Below are positions 46,086 to 59,500 of a stretch of 64,000 nt of DNA, piece by piece. The stretch lies in the IMG/VR virus record IMGVR_UViG_3300032238_000944, positions 1-64,000 of that record, one strand, 5' to 3'. A program made the position numbers and the translations under genes. Numbering within the stretch: position 1 is the stretch's first letter; every line of letters starts with the position of its first letter. The notes under the pieces are model-generated. The model saw only the letters and a list, made by a program, of their open reading frames with translations, made no database searches and was not told where the DNA came from. Source of the stretch: a virus.

Positions 46086-46271
46086 GTATTGACAGTTATT
46101 CGTGAGCCCAGTTATTTGGCGGTTGCGGTTATACGGGGCGGGCGGCGTACCCGTTATAAAAAGCTATAAGTCCCTAACCTACAGAGGTGACAAAACGACC
46201 TAGCTATATCATTCTATAAAAAAATTCCCGGAGAAAAATGGCACCCAAAAAACCAAAAAAGAATCCTACAT

Positions 46272-46672
46272 TTGGCAATGGGGACAAAAGAAAAGCAACA
46301 GGTCAATGTAGATCCACGGCACAGAAGAATGCATCGAACAAGAGGAAGAAGAAATAAACCATATTGGAATTTTTTCCGAGTTGTTCTTGCAGGATGGATG
46401 ATACGGTATCCACGACCATTCTTTGTGACTCTTGGTATTGTTATAGTGACCATATATAATGCAGTCACAAAATAATTTTCGTGGAAAAAATTTATCACAT
46501 CTATGCAAAGGATAGATGTTTATTCCATTCGATTAAAGAAGAAGAATTTCAGACGACATGGAATACGATTAAGAATATGGTTGGTATTATGAAGACTGAC
46601 TATAATGAAAGTGATTTGTCCTATGAAGAACTGATTGTAAATAAAGAACTTGCAAGAACTTCTTCACATTGA
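46272..46672 (+). other. Small hypothetical genes (46272/46329-46475 with TM helix; 46481-46672)
   Basis: ORF track; KPYWNFFRVVLAGW.IRYP motif. Confidence 0.55.
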
Positions 46673-46697
46673 CAAATCATATATACTCTGATAAAAT
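46669..46697 (+). promoter_or_regulatory. Sigma70 promoter
   Basis: TTGACA-17-TAAAAT with TG extension. Confidence 0.8.
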
Positions 46698-46719
46698 TGA
46701 TCTGAAGTGATTTCAACTT

Positions 46720-47487
46720 ATGGCAAAAGGATTTACTGTTAAAGCAAATACTCCCAAACCAAAAACAGAGGAATGGGATTATGATGCAATCAAAGAAAGA
46801 ATGAGAGGTAAGAGTATTGTCTTCTGTCTTCCAGGAAGAGGATGCTCATATGTATTTCTCAAGGCATTTGTACAACTGTGTTTTGATCTTGTACAAAATC
46901 AGATGAGTATTCAGATTTCTCAGGATTACTCATCCATGGTAAACTTTGCACGTTGTAAAGTTCTTGGGGCTAATGTATTGCGTGGTCCAAAGCAAGTACC
47001 TTGGGATGGTAAACTGAATTATGATTATCAACTCTGGATTGATAATGACATTGTATTCAACACAGAAAAGTTCTGGCAACTCTGTGATTTGGCTCTGAAT
47101 GCAGAAGGAGAAGAGAAAGGTATTGTTGCTGGATGGTATGCCACAGAAGATGGGCACACGACCTCAGTAGCACACTGGTTAGAAGAAGATGATTTCCGCC
47201 GTAATGGTGGTGTGATGAATCACGAAAATGTGGAGAGTATCTCGAAACGTCGTAAGCCTTTCACAGTTGATTATACTGGTTTTGGTTGGGTTCTGATTCA
47301 GAAAGGTGTCTTTGAATCTCTTGAGTATCCTTGGTTTGCACCAAAGATGCAAGTCTTTGAATCTGGTGCGGTTCAGGATATGTGTGGAGAAGATGTTTCA
47401 TTCTGTCTCGATGCAAAAGAAAAAGGATTTGAGATCTGGTGTGATCCCAGAATTCGTGTGGGGCACGAAAAAACTCGCGTAATCTGA
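46720..47487 (+). CDS. Glycosyltransferase (GT-A fold)
   Basis: NFARC, DYQLWIDNDI (DxD), GFG..LI..GVFE....PWF, GEDVSFC, I.VGH. Confidence 0.85.
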   Translation: MAKGFTVKANTPKPKTEEWDYDAIKERMRGKSIVFCLPGRGCSYVFLKAFVQLCFDLVQNQMSIQISQDYSSMVNFARCKVLGANVLRGPKQVPWDGKLNYDYQLWIDNDIVFNTEKFWQLCDLALNAEGEEKGIVAGWYATEDGHTTSVAHWLEEDDFRRNGGVMNHENVESISKRRKPFTVDYTGFGWVLIQKGVFESLEYPWFAPKMQVFESGAVQDMCGEDVSFCLDAKEKGFEIWCDPRIRVGHEKTRVI

Positions 47488-47995
47488 TGAATAAGTTTAA
47501 TATCTTATACAAAGGTAGAAAGATCTATCAGAATCTCTCACATGAAGAATGTAGTGAGATTCTGATGAATCTCTCAGAAACTTATTATAATGATGAAACT
47601 TTTGATGTTAATGAAATTGAATTGGAGGAAATTTAAATGGCAAAAGGTGGATCGATGAATAAGGTGCTTCATGTACCTGGAGCTCCGAAAAAAACTCGTC
47701 AAGGACGATCAGCACGCACTCTTCTCTCGGCTACTTCTCGTAATGGTCGTAAAAAAAAGTATAGAGGTCAAGGTCGGTGATTCAATTGAATCCTCAAATC
47801 CCAGTTCTGACTCCGAAAGGATCAGGCTGGGCATTTTTTTTGATTGATCGTTCACAAGAACATGACCTTGAGTGGGTTGTGTTCCTAGATAATGGTGGGT
47901 ATTGTTGGACTTTTCGCAATTCTGACATTCGAATACAAAAAAACTTAACTCATCATCGTTCAAATATAGCAGATTTCGGGATAGCAACCCCGTAA
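47487..47995 (+). other. Small genes 47487-47636, 47637-47780 (basic, ends KKYRGQGR) and 47777-47995
   Basis: Coupled ORFs; GGAGG RBS before 47637. Confidence 0.65.
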
Positions 47996-48027
47996 AAAGT
48001 TCTGATTTACTTAAATCAGGAGCTAAA

Positions 48028-48189
48028 ATGGAACAAAGAATGCTTAGAGAGATCAATAATGATGATCTTACGCCAAAAAAACATGATTTTTGGCATCAAA
48101 ATGAAATTCATGAGAAAATTCGTAATGATGAGGACTATGATGACTGGGAATATGGTACAGAACCCCTTTATGAAGTCAAAAAAGTCTAA
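48028..48189 (+). CDS. Small acidic hypothetical protein (53 aa)
   Basis: AGGAG RBS; MEQRMLREI.ND..TPKK...EDYDDWEYGTEP. Confidence 0.65.
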   Translation: MEQRMLREINNDDLTPKKHDFWHQNEIHEKIRNDEDYDDWEYGTEPLYEVKKV

Positions 48190-48216
48190 TAAATAAGTTA
48201 TGTTTATTACTTTTGT

Positions 48217-48618
48217 ATGCCTGTAGAACGAGTTAGTAAGGCATTTAAGGACATTAGTGCATCTTTTCAGGTTAATCCCCTGAATTATGACCTAATTGCG
48301 ATTAAAAATGAGACTGCAATTGCTCGTTCTATTCGAAATTTGGTTCTTACACTTCCTGGAGAACGATTTTTTAATCAAAATCTAGGTTCTAGAGTTTCGA
48401 GAGCACTTTTTAACAATATTGATAGCGTTTCAGCATCAATTATTCAGGATGAAATTGAAAATACTATCAAAAATTATGAACCACGAGTGAATTTAACTGA
48501 AGTTAATGTAGCTCCAGACTATGATAACAATAATTTTAATGTAACTATCAGATATACGATTGTAGGAATTGATGTATTACCGCAACAATTGGCATTTGCT
48601 TTACAACAAACTCGATAA
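48217..48618 (+). CDS. gp25: Baseplate wedge subunit gp25
   Basis: FKDIS.SF, AI..SIRNLVLT..GERFF...LGS, I..YEPRV. Confidence 0.93.
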   Translation: MPVERVSKAFKDISASFQVNPLNYDLIAIKNETAIARSIRNLVLTLPGERFFNQNLGSRVSRALFNNIDSVSASIIQDEIENTIKNYEPRVNLTEVNVAPDYDNNNFNVTIRYTIVGIDVLPQQLAFALQQTR

Positions 48619-50532
48619 ATGGCACTAGTAAACTTCAGTAATTTAGATTTCGATCAAATTAAGACTTCGATTAAGGATTACCTTAGGTCGAATTCAAATT
48701 TTACTGATTATGATTTTGAAGGATCTAACTTATCGACGATTGTTGATATGTTAGCCTATAACACTTATATTACCTCATACAATGCTAACATGATTAGCAA
48801 TGAGGTTTTTATTGATAGTGCAACATTAAGAGAGAATGTTGTTTCTTTAGCAAGAAATATTGGATATGTTCCAAGATCAAGAAGAGCATCTGTATCAAAT
48901 ATTTCATTTTTTGTAGATACAACCGCATTTACAACAAATCCAATTTCCTTAACTCTACAAAAAGGAATTGTTTGTACTAGTGCATCCTCTTTTGGAGGAG
49001 ATAGTTATACATTTACAATTCAAGATGATGTTACCGCAAATGTTATTGATGGAATTGCATCCTTCAATAATATTGCAGTTTATGAGGGAACATATCTTAC
49101 TCAAAATTTTACTGTAAATGCAAACGATCCAAATCAAAGATTTATTTTAAACAATCCAAATATTGATACAAAGACAATTCGAGTTACAGTTAGAAATACT
49201 CAACAAAGCACAATTACTCGTAAATTCACTCTTGCTGAAAATTTAATTGATATTGATGGCACATCTTTAGTATTTTTCATTCAAGAAATCGAAGATCAAA
49301 GATATGAATTAATTTTTGGTGATGATGTATTTGGTAAAAAACTTGATAGTTCCAATTATATTCAAGTTTCCTATGTGGTTACAAATGGAAAAGATGCAAA
49401 TGGAATTCCAGCATTTACCTATAGTGGAAGAATTTTTGATAATAATGGAGCAATTGTTGCATCAGGCATTTCTTTAATTACAACAGATGCTGCATCACAA
49501 GGAGGAACTGAAATTGAATCGGTAAATTCAATTAAAAGATATGCTCCAAGAATATATTCCTCTCAAAATAGAGCAGTAACTGCTACAGATTACGAAACCA
49601 TTATTCCAACCATTTATCCTGAAACTGAATCTATTTCCGTATTTGGTGGCGAAGATTTAAATCCACCAAAATATGGCAAAGTCTTTATTTCTATTAAGCC
49701 ATATAATGGAACCTTTATTTCAAATCCAATCAAAGATAATATAAAGGCAGCACTTAGAAAATATAGCGTTGCTGGAATTGTTCCTGAGATTTTAGATCTC
49801 AAATATCTTTATGTTGAATTTGATTCAACAGTTTATTATAACACAAATACTTCTCCTGGAGCAAGTACTGTAAAATCAATCATTTCATCAAACATTGAAA
49901 AATATTCGGATTCCAGTGAATTAAACAAATATGGAGCAAGATTTAAATATAGCAAATTTCAAAAAATCATTGATGATAGCCACCAATCAATAACGTCTAA
50001 TATTACCAAAATTACAATGCGTCGTGATCTTCAAATTAAAGTAAATCAACTTGCAACATATGAAATTTGTTTTGGAAATCAATTCCATATTCGAAATTTC
50101 AAAAATGGATATAATATTAAATCCTCTGGATTTACTATTGCTGGTTCATCAGATACTTTATACCTATCAGATTTGCCAAATTCTGATGGTAAAAATGGAA
50201 CAATATTTTTCTTTAAATTAAAGTCACCAACAGAACCCATTATTATTAAAAATAATGCCGGAACCATTAATTATGATCGTGGAGAGATTAATTTGTCCGT
50301 AGTTAATTTTTCTTCGGCATTAAAAAACAATGGTGGAGTTCCGATTATTCAAATTTCATCTATTCCACAATCAAATGATGTAATCGGATTACAGGATCTT
50401 TATTTGCAACTAGATATTAATAACAGTGTATTAAATATGCAATCAGATGCTATCTCATCTGGTGCTGATATTTCTGGATCATCTTATACAGTAACTTCAA
50501 GTTACACAAACGGAGCCCTCGTAAGATCATAA
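48619..50532 (+). CDS. gp6: Baseplate wedge subunit gp6
   Basis: LDFDQIK, FTDYDFEGSN, LAYNTY, DSATLRENVVS, QNRAVT..DY, PP.YGKV.I. Confidence 0.95.
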   Translation: MALVNFSNLDFDQIKTSIKDYLRSNSNFTDYDFEGSNLSTIVDMLAYNTYITSYNANMISNEVFIDSATLRENVVSLARNIGYVPRSRRASVSNISFFVDTTAFTTNPISLTLQKGIVCTSASSFGGDSYTFTIQDDVTANVIDGIASFNNIAVYEGTYLTQNFTVNANDPNQRFILNNPNIDTKTIRVTVRNTQQSTITRKFTLAENLIDIDGTSLVFFIQEIEDQRYELIFGDDVFGKKLDSSNYIQVSYVVTNGKDANGIPAFTYSGRIFDNNGAIVASGISLITTDAASQGGTEIESVNSIKRYAPRIYSSQNRAVTATDYETIIPTIYPETESISVFGGEDLNPPKYGKVFISIKPYNGTFISNPIKDNIKAALRKYSVAGIVPEILDLKYLYVEFDSTVYYNTNTSPGASTVKSIISSNIEKYSDSSELNKYGARFKYSKFQKIIDDSHQSITSNITKITMRRDLQIKVNQLATYEICFGNQFHIRNFKNGYNIKSSGFTIAGSSDTLYLSDLPNSDGKNGTIFFFKLKSPTEPIIIKNNAGTINYDRGEINLSVVNFSSALKNNGGVPIIQISSIPQSNDVIGLQDLYLQLDINNSVLNMQSDAISSGADISGSSYTVTSSYTNGALVRS

Positions 50533-50536
50533 TAAA

Positions 50537-53500
50537 ATGACAGAAACAAGAGTAAAGATCAGTCAAGTTGTAGACAGTCAACTTCCAAATTTTATTAAAG
50601 AAGAGTTTCCATTAGTATCTGAATTTTTATCTCAATACTATCTTTCTTTAGAATATCAAAGTGGACCTTCTGACCTTTTTCAAAATATTGATCAATATGT
50701 AAAAGTTGACACTTTAGCAAATTTAACAGATTCAACTACTCTTAGTTCTGATATAACTTTTGGCGATAGCACGATTTCTGTAGAATCAACCTATGGATTC
50801 CCAAATTCATACGGTTTACTTTTAATCGATGGTGAGATCATTACATATACATCAAAGACTTCAACCGCCTTCCAGGGGTGTATAAGAGGGTTTAGTGGCG
50901 TTACATCATACAATGATCCAACAACTCCAGATCAACTTATATTTACAGAATCTGATTCTGCAGATCATACTTCTGGATCAACAGTCTCAAATTTGAGTAT
51001 TCTTTTCCTAAAAGAATTTTTTAATAAAGTTAAAAAACAAGTTAGTCCAGGATTTGAAAGTAGAAAATTATATTCTGGATTAAATGAGGCTTTGTTTGTA
51101 AAGCAGTCTAAAGATTTTTATTCTACTAAAGGAACTGATAATTCATTTAAAATTCTTTTTAGAGCACTCTATGGTGTAGATGTTGAGGTCATTAAACCAA
51201 GAGATTATTTGATCCAACCATCAGATGCTCAATATAGAATTACAAAAGATTTGGCTGTTCAGGCATTATCTGGAAATCCTTTAGATCTTTTGAATAAAAC
51301 ATTCTATCAAGATCAAATTGGCAGTATCAATAAAGCAGAAGGTACAATATCGAATGTACAAAAGATTAATCGCGGATCAAAAGATTATTATATAATCAGT
51401 GTTGATTATGATTATGATAAAGATATCACAGTTTCGGGAACAGTAACAGGAGAATTTTCTATTCATCCAATCACCCAATTGGTTACTAATGCTAGTATTG
51501 GTGATACTACTCTTGATGTAGATTCTACAGTTGGATTTCCTTCATCAGGTGAATTAGTAATAGATCTTTCAAATGGATCTTCATTAACTGTCAATTATAC
51601 TTCAAAATCATTAAATCAATTTTTTGGATGTTCTGGAATTACTCAAACAATTTCTGAGAAACAAGAATTAAGATTAAACGTTTTTGCATATGGATATTCT
51701 GGAAATACAACTGACGATATAGTCAAAGTCAGAATTACTGGAGTACTTTCTGATCTTTCAATTCCAACCAAAAATTATTATTATGAAAAAAATGATCTTA
51801 TTCAAGTAAAAACTCTTGGAATAGATTTAAAGGATCCAAAATCAAATAATTGGTTTTTTAATATTTCTACGAGATATGATGTAAAATCGATTGCTTTGCT
51901 TGATCAATCAGATTATACTTATCGGGTAACTTTATATGATCCACATACATTTAATGTTGGAGACTCTATAGTATTAATTTCTTCAACCAATCAAGAATTT
52001 TTTGGCAGTATTATTGAGGAAAATATTGATTTAACATCAAGTTCAAATGTCATTTCATTCCAAAATACAACTTCATTTGATATCAAAGGTCAAGGACCAT
52101 TGAATGTTAATTTATTTTATACGATCAAAAAGAATATTTTAAAAGTCAATTCATCTAATCATCCAGAATTAAACAAATATTCTGCAGATATTCAAAATCT
52201 TTATAGTGATTTAAATGATTCTTTATATGTAGCTGCACCTTCTCTTCCAAACTATATCAATTTGCCAATTTCAATTGATGATAGATCAATAACTTTTTCT
52301 GGAACTTTTGAAGGTACTGATTTGCAAATTGGAACTCATGGATTATATACTGGAGATGCAATTGTTTATAATCCAGAAGGTGAATCGAATAAACTTGATA
52401 TGCTGAAAGGAATTTATTTTGTAAAAAAAGTTGATGAGACTACAATTAAACTGGCCAGAAGTAAGCAAAATATATTTTCAGAAAATTTTGTATCTGTAGC
52501 ATCTACAACTATTTCGAATAATCAATTTTATTTTTACAATTTTTCAGATTCAAATTTAAATTTAAAAACTGTACAAACTCAAAAATTAATTAGAAAATTA
52601 TCTCCTGCAGTTGAAGATAGTTTTGATTATGAAACTCTTCCAGGAACAACTGGAATTTTTATTAATGGCGTCGAACTTTTAAATTATAAATCTGACGATG
52701 TTGTCTATTATGGAGAAATTAAAACCATTTCTCCAACTGCACCCGGTAAGGGATACGATATCGTAAATCCACCAATATTATCAATTCAAGATAATATTGG
52801 ATCTGGAGCAGCTGCATATTGTTCAGTTATTGGTAATCTTGAAAGAATTAATATTGTTGATCCTGGATTCGATTATCTTCAAGAACCAGTTATTACAATT
52901 TCTGGAGGTAATGGTTCTGGTGCGAAAGTAAAGGCAAATTTAATTGAATTTGATCATTCTGCAGAATTTAATTCTATTGCCTCTGCACTTCAAGTAGATT
53001 TATCAAATGATACTATTGGATTTTCTAGTTATCATAAATTTAGAGATTCTGAAAAAGTAATTTATTCCTCGGAAGGTCAAACAGATGTTGGAGGCCTTTA
53101 CTCTGGAGCATTTTATTTTGTTTCTGTTCAAGATGCATATACAATTAAACTTCATAAAACTTTTGATGATTCTGCAGTAGGAATTAATACAATCAATTTA
53201 ACTTCTTATGGTACTGGAAACCATAAATTTTTATCAATTAATAAAAAGAAAAAAATTGGATCAATATCAGTTATTGATTCTGGATCAAATTATCAAAACA
53301 AAAAATTAACTGCTTCAGTATCAGGAATCAATACTGCATCCAATACAATTTTTGTTAGAGAACATGGATTACAAAGTGGTGAAATTGTAACGTATGATTA
53401 TACAGAAACTCCTATAGAAGGATTATCTCAATCGTCATATTATGTTACCAAAGTTTCAAATGATGAATTTAAATTATCAGAATTGGGAACAGGAACTTAT

Positions 53501-56500
53501 TCTGAAGATTTCTACTATAAAACAAATCAATATGTTAATTTAATTTCAACTGGAACTGGAACTCATATTTTTAATTATCCAGAAATACAAATTAATATTC
53601 AAGGGAGTATTGGCGTATCTACTCTTTCTGGACAAGATTTTAATGCAATTTTAGAACCAATTTTTAGAGGAAAAATTAATTCTGTTCACGTATCTGTTGG
53701 CGGAAATTCTTACGGTTCTGAAGATATTCTAAATTATAATCGTCAACCATTGTTCACTTTAATTAATGGTTCTGGAGCTCAAGTTACTCCTGTCATTTCT
53801 AATGGAAAAATAGAACAAGTTTTTGTAGTAAATGGGGGAAGTGGATATAATTCTATTCCAAATTTAATTATTGATGGTGCAGGTTCAGGAGCATCTTTAA
53901 TTCCGATTGTTTCAAATGGATCCTTAGTGGATGTAAAAGTTGTTTCTAAAGGAAATGGTTATTCATCATCAAATACTTCAATCAATGTAGTTTCTGCAGG
54001 ATCTGAAGCTTTATTCGAGGCAAAAATTAAATCTTGGAGAATTAATATAATTGAACGTCTTATAGATTCAAATTATATTACTGCTGATGATGGTATTGTC
54101 CATCGTTCTTTAAATGAATCTTATGGATTACAGTATACTCATGCATATTCTCCAAGAAAACTAAGATCTTCAGTATTGGCAACCAAATATAAGGATGGTT
54201 TGCCAATTTTTGTGCCAGATTTGCAAGTTTCTTCTGGTCTTGAAATAGCCTCTGATGCACATTCTCCAATTATTGGTTGGGCATATGATGGAAATCCAAT
54301 TTATGGGCCATATGGATATACATCTCCTTCTGGCGGAACTGTTCGATCAATGGTTTCAGGTTATGAACTTTCTTTACAAGAGGGTCGTCCAAGCACCTCA
54401 TTGTATCCAGTTGGATTCTTTATTGAAGATTATCAATTTAAAAATTCTGGAGATTTAGATGATCATAATGGAAGATTTTGTGTGACCCCAGAATATCCAA
54501 ATGGAATTTATGCATATTTTCTTACGATTAATCCTCTTGCAGCAGAATCGGTAGGACCATTTAAAGGATATAAAAAACCAACATTTCCATATGCAATTGG
54601 AAATCTATATAAATCAAAATTAATAGACTTTAATCTGTCAAAAAAATCTAATCAAGATGATATTGATATTAATGAAACCGGTTGGATTAGAAATACCACT
54701 CCATACAATTTAACCAATAATAGAAGTTATTATGATTATCTGATTGATCCAAATAAAATTAAAAAACAATTTTCTATAGTCAAAAATTCCACCAAAGGTG
54801 GAATCAATTCAATTGGAATATTGACTGGTGGTAGAGATTATCAAGTTGGCGATGAAATTATTTTTGATAACACAGGATCTGGTGGTCAAGGATTAATTGC
54901 AAATGTTTCTAAAGTTTCTGGAAAAGAAATAACTCAAGTTAGTGTTGCAAATTCTACTTTATATAATGTCGAATTTGTTCCTTTAGCAAATCAAAATTAC
55001 TTCGTTGGTTTTGCAACTTTGCCACATTTGTTTGCAAATAATGATTTGGTAACGATTAGTTCTTTATATGATTATCAAAAATCTGGAAATATAAAAGTTA
55101 CAAGTAATGCTCTTACTTTAGTTTCTGGAATTGGTTCTGTTGGGTATACTGGATTAGTAACTTATTTAAATGTTCAAGGAAATTTAACATTCCCAAATAT
55201 CAAAGAAAATGACATCTATCAAATTGGAAGTGAACAAGTAAAGATTTTAAACATTGATACATTATCTTCAAGAATTAAAGTACTTCGTAATCAAAACGGA
55301 ACTACTGGATTAACTACATCTTCTGCTGGTATTGCTTTAACAGAAATTACAAGAAAACTTCAACTTACTTTTGGAATTTCAACATCTTATCAATTTGATT
55401 TAAATTCACAAATATATTTTGATCCTTCAGAATCTGTTGGATTAGGAACAACTTCTGGCCCAGGAATTGGATATACACTTTCTTTCACAAATCCTGGAGC
55501 AGGAATTACTCAGATCAATATTCCAACTAGAGCAATTTATTTGCAAAATCATAATCTTCAAACAGGAACTCAATTAATCTATTCCTCAAATGGAGGAACT
55601 CCATTATCAGTTTCCACAAATGGAGTTTCTAGTTTTTCATTAGGTGAACAATCTATAGTATATGCTACTAAATTCACAAATGATCTGATTGGAATTTCTA
55701 CAGTTAAAGTTGGTCTTGGATCCACTGGAACTTATGTTGGAATTGGTAGTACAGCAGCAGCATTACTATACTTCACCAATGTGGGTGTTGGGAATACACA
55801 TAATTTCAAAACAAATTATTCAAATATATTAAATGCAACTGTTAGTAAAAATATAGTAACAGTATCAACAGCATCTTCTCATGGACTGCAAACCGATGAT
55901 ATAGTAACAATTTCAGCGAAGGCTGAAGGAACAACTACTTCTGTAGTTGCATATGATGATTACAATAGAAGATTAGTAATTAATCCAACAAATTTTGTTG
56001 CAACTAATATCAATGTTGATGAAGATACTATTGAAATTGATGATCACAAATATTTTACGGGACAAAAAGTTATTCATACTTCAAATTCTCCATCAGGAGG
56101 ATTAATCAATGAAGCAATTTATTATGTTGTAGTTGTTGATAACAATAAATTTAAATTATCAGAAACTTATTATGAAGCAACAAAAATAAATCCAAATGTT
56201 GTTGGAATTTCTTCAGCATCTACAGGAACAATTTCTTTAGTCAATCCACAAATTTTATTGACTAAGAACAATAATTTAATTTTTGATTTATCAGATTCTT
56301 CTTTATCATTTACAAAAAATTCGATCAAATATTCTGCGTTTGAATTAGAATTTTATACCGATCCTTATTTCCAAAATATATTTAATTCATCATCTTCATC
56401 AAGTTCCTTCGAAGTTATTAGAACAGGCAACGTTGGAATAGATTCCTATGCAAAAGTTATTCTAAAAGCAAATGATTTTATTCCAAAAACTCTTTATTAT

Positions 56501-59500
56501 AGATTAAATCCAATCGATCTTGCAAATAATTTAGATGTTAAAAAAGAAATCATCATTGATGATGAAATTTTAGGAAATAGTCAAGTGGTATTGGTTGATA
56601 GTTTATATTCGGGAACTTATAAAATTGCCGGAATTTCATCAACTCAATTTACTTATAATGTATTAAACAATCCAGAAGTATCTCAATACAATTCTGATGA
56701 AGCAAAATTATATTATTCTACAAATTCTCCAACTGCTTATGGACCTATAAATTCAATTTCGATTAAATCTTCTGGAAGAAATTATCAAAAACTGCCACAT
56801 ATAACTAAAGTCGTTTCTGGATTGGGTACAGATGCAATTTTAACCGTATTTGGAGATAATGTTGGATCCATCAATAAAATTGAAATTCAAGATATTGGAT
56901 TTGATTATCCATCAGATTTAAGTATTAGAGCAACAGCAAAACTTCCAGAAGTCTTAAAAATTGAAACACTATCTTCATTTAAATCTATTGGGATTTCTTC
57001 AGTTGGCAAAAACTATATAATTGCTCCAAATTTAGTTGTTCTGGATGCGATTACAAATGAAGTTATTTCTGATGTCGATTTATCATATAAAGTTGGAGAT
57101 TCTCAAGTATCTATTTTAAAAAATACAAAAGGAATTAGTAGTGCAATTCCAACAATTATTCCAATAAACAATTGTAATGGAGTTGGAATCAGTACAATTA
57201 AATTTATTTCATCTTCAAAAGATGTAGTTGTAACATTAGGAGCTAGTTTTAGCAATCTATCGGATTTTCCATTTGAAATCGGAGATCGAGTACTTATCGA
57301 AAATATTAGTGTAGGAACTGCTTCTACAGTAAAAGGATATAATTCTGAAAATTACAATTATGCTTTATTTACGATTGTAAACATTGATCCAAATATTGGT
57401 GGAATAGGAGCTACTATATCGTACAATATTTCAAACTATATTTCATCATCAGAAATTCCTGGAACTTATGATCCAGTAAATTCTTATGGCAGAATTATTC
57501 CAGAAAAACATTTCCCAATCTTTAATATTGAACTTAAAAGAAATCAATTTTTTATTGGTGAAAATGTTATATCTTCATCTGCAGATGGAATTGTTCAAAA
57601 CTTTGATGAAATTAATGGATATTTAAAAGTTTCAACTAATAAAGATTTTGTAATTGGAGAAACTATTGTTGGAGAATCTTCTTTTACTGAAGCAAAAATT
57701 GAAAACATTATCAAATTCAATAGTGTTTATTCAACCAAAGCATTTTCTATTGTTAAAGAGGGATGGAAAAGAGAAACCGGATTCTTAAATAATAGTCTAC
57801 AAAGAATTCACGACAATGATTATTATCAGTATTTTTCATATTCATTAAAATCAGCAATTCCTTTTGATACTTGGAATAGTGCCGTAAGTGATCTGAATCA
57901 TACTGCAGGTTTTAAAAAATTTAGTGATTTAATTATTGAAAATGGAGATCTTTCTTCTGGTATTGCAACATCTCAGGATAATGGAGATTTTACTGGAGTT
58001 GTAGATTATTCTTCGTTTATTGATTTAAATTGTTATTCAGACTTTGACTTAGCTACAGAAAATAATTTAATGCTGAATGGCAACATCAAATCAAATGAAA
58101 TAATTTTTAATTCTACAATCGTTCAAGATTATTTTGAATCTATTGGTAACAGAGTTCTTATGATTGATGATCTAAGTACTCAATTCAATAGTAGTCCCAG
58201 AACTACTAATTTTAGTATTGTTGATCAATTTTCTGTAGATACTTATGGTCTAGATACCATTAGATTTAGAAAATATATTTCATTAGTAATAGATAGAATT
58301 TATACTTATCAAAGACAAACATCTTTAATATCTCTTTTACATGATGGAACGTTTGGATATTTGAATCAATATGCGACAGTTTATAGTGATACTGATTTGG
58401 GATCGTTTGATTTTTCAATTTCTGGTACGCAAGCAAACTTCTTATTTTATCCATTTTACAGTTCAATTAATAACTATGATGTTAGTTTGGCATCATATGA
58501 TCTTTATGATTCTATAAGTGGTATTGGATCAGTATCTATTGGAAATATTGCAAAAATTCAAACCTCTACAAAAACTATTTCAATAGGATCAACTTCAGCA
58601 TCGACTATTGTTGGAATTGCTTCTACTTATAGAGCATCAAAAGTTTTAGTTCTTTTAGAGGCTTCAGATAAATCGTGGTTTGGAATTGATGAGTTAACAA
58701 CAATTCATGATGGAACAAATGTCAATTTGCTTGAATATGGCCAACTCTCGACAAATAATTTAAATCCTTATGAATCTGCTGGATTAGGAACTTATAGTGC
58801 TTATATTTCTGGATCTAATTTAAACATTGATTTGACACCTTATTCTGGATTGTCCACGAATTTTTATATTAATGCACTTGCAGTTTCTATTGGCAGCACA
58901 CTATCTACAACAGCAGGAAATCAAGCAATTACTGATTCTGTTCTGAGTACTTCAATTACTTCAATTGCATCTTCTACATCTCCAACACAAAATTTAGTAT
59001 CAACTTATACTAATGAATCTTGTGCATATTATATTGCAGTTGTAGAAGATACTGTCAATAACAAGCATCAGATATCAGAATTGATGTCAATTACTAATGG
59101 GACTGATTGTGGGTTAACTGAATTTGGTATTGTTGAAACATCTTCTTCTTTAGGTGAATTTTCAATTAGCATATCTGGTTCCGATACAAATCTTTATTTC
59201 ACTCCAATAGCAAATGTTGGCGTTACAGTTCGTGTTTTTCAACATTCATTAAACAATCAACACAACCTAACTTTACCATCAACTATTAATTTAATTAATG
59301 GCGAAATTGATTCTGGTTTTGGTTCCTATGAAGGAACTGATTTAGATGTTAGAAAATCTTTCAATTTAACTTATAAACAACATCCAATTTTTGAAAGATA
59401 TTTTGATGGAAGCAATTCATCAATTGTAGATGTTACAAACAATGACATTAAAATTCCATCCAACTTCTTTGTAACTGGAGAAGAAATCGTTTATTCTCAT

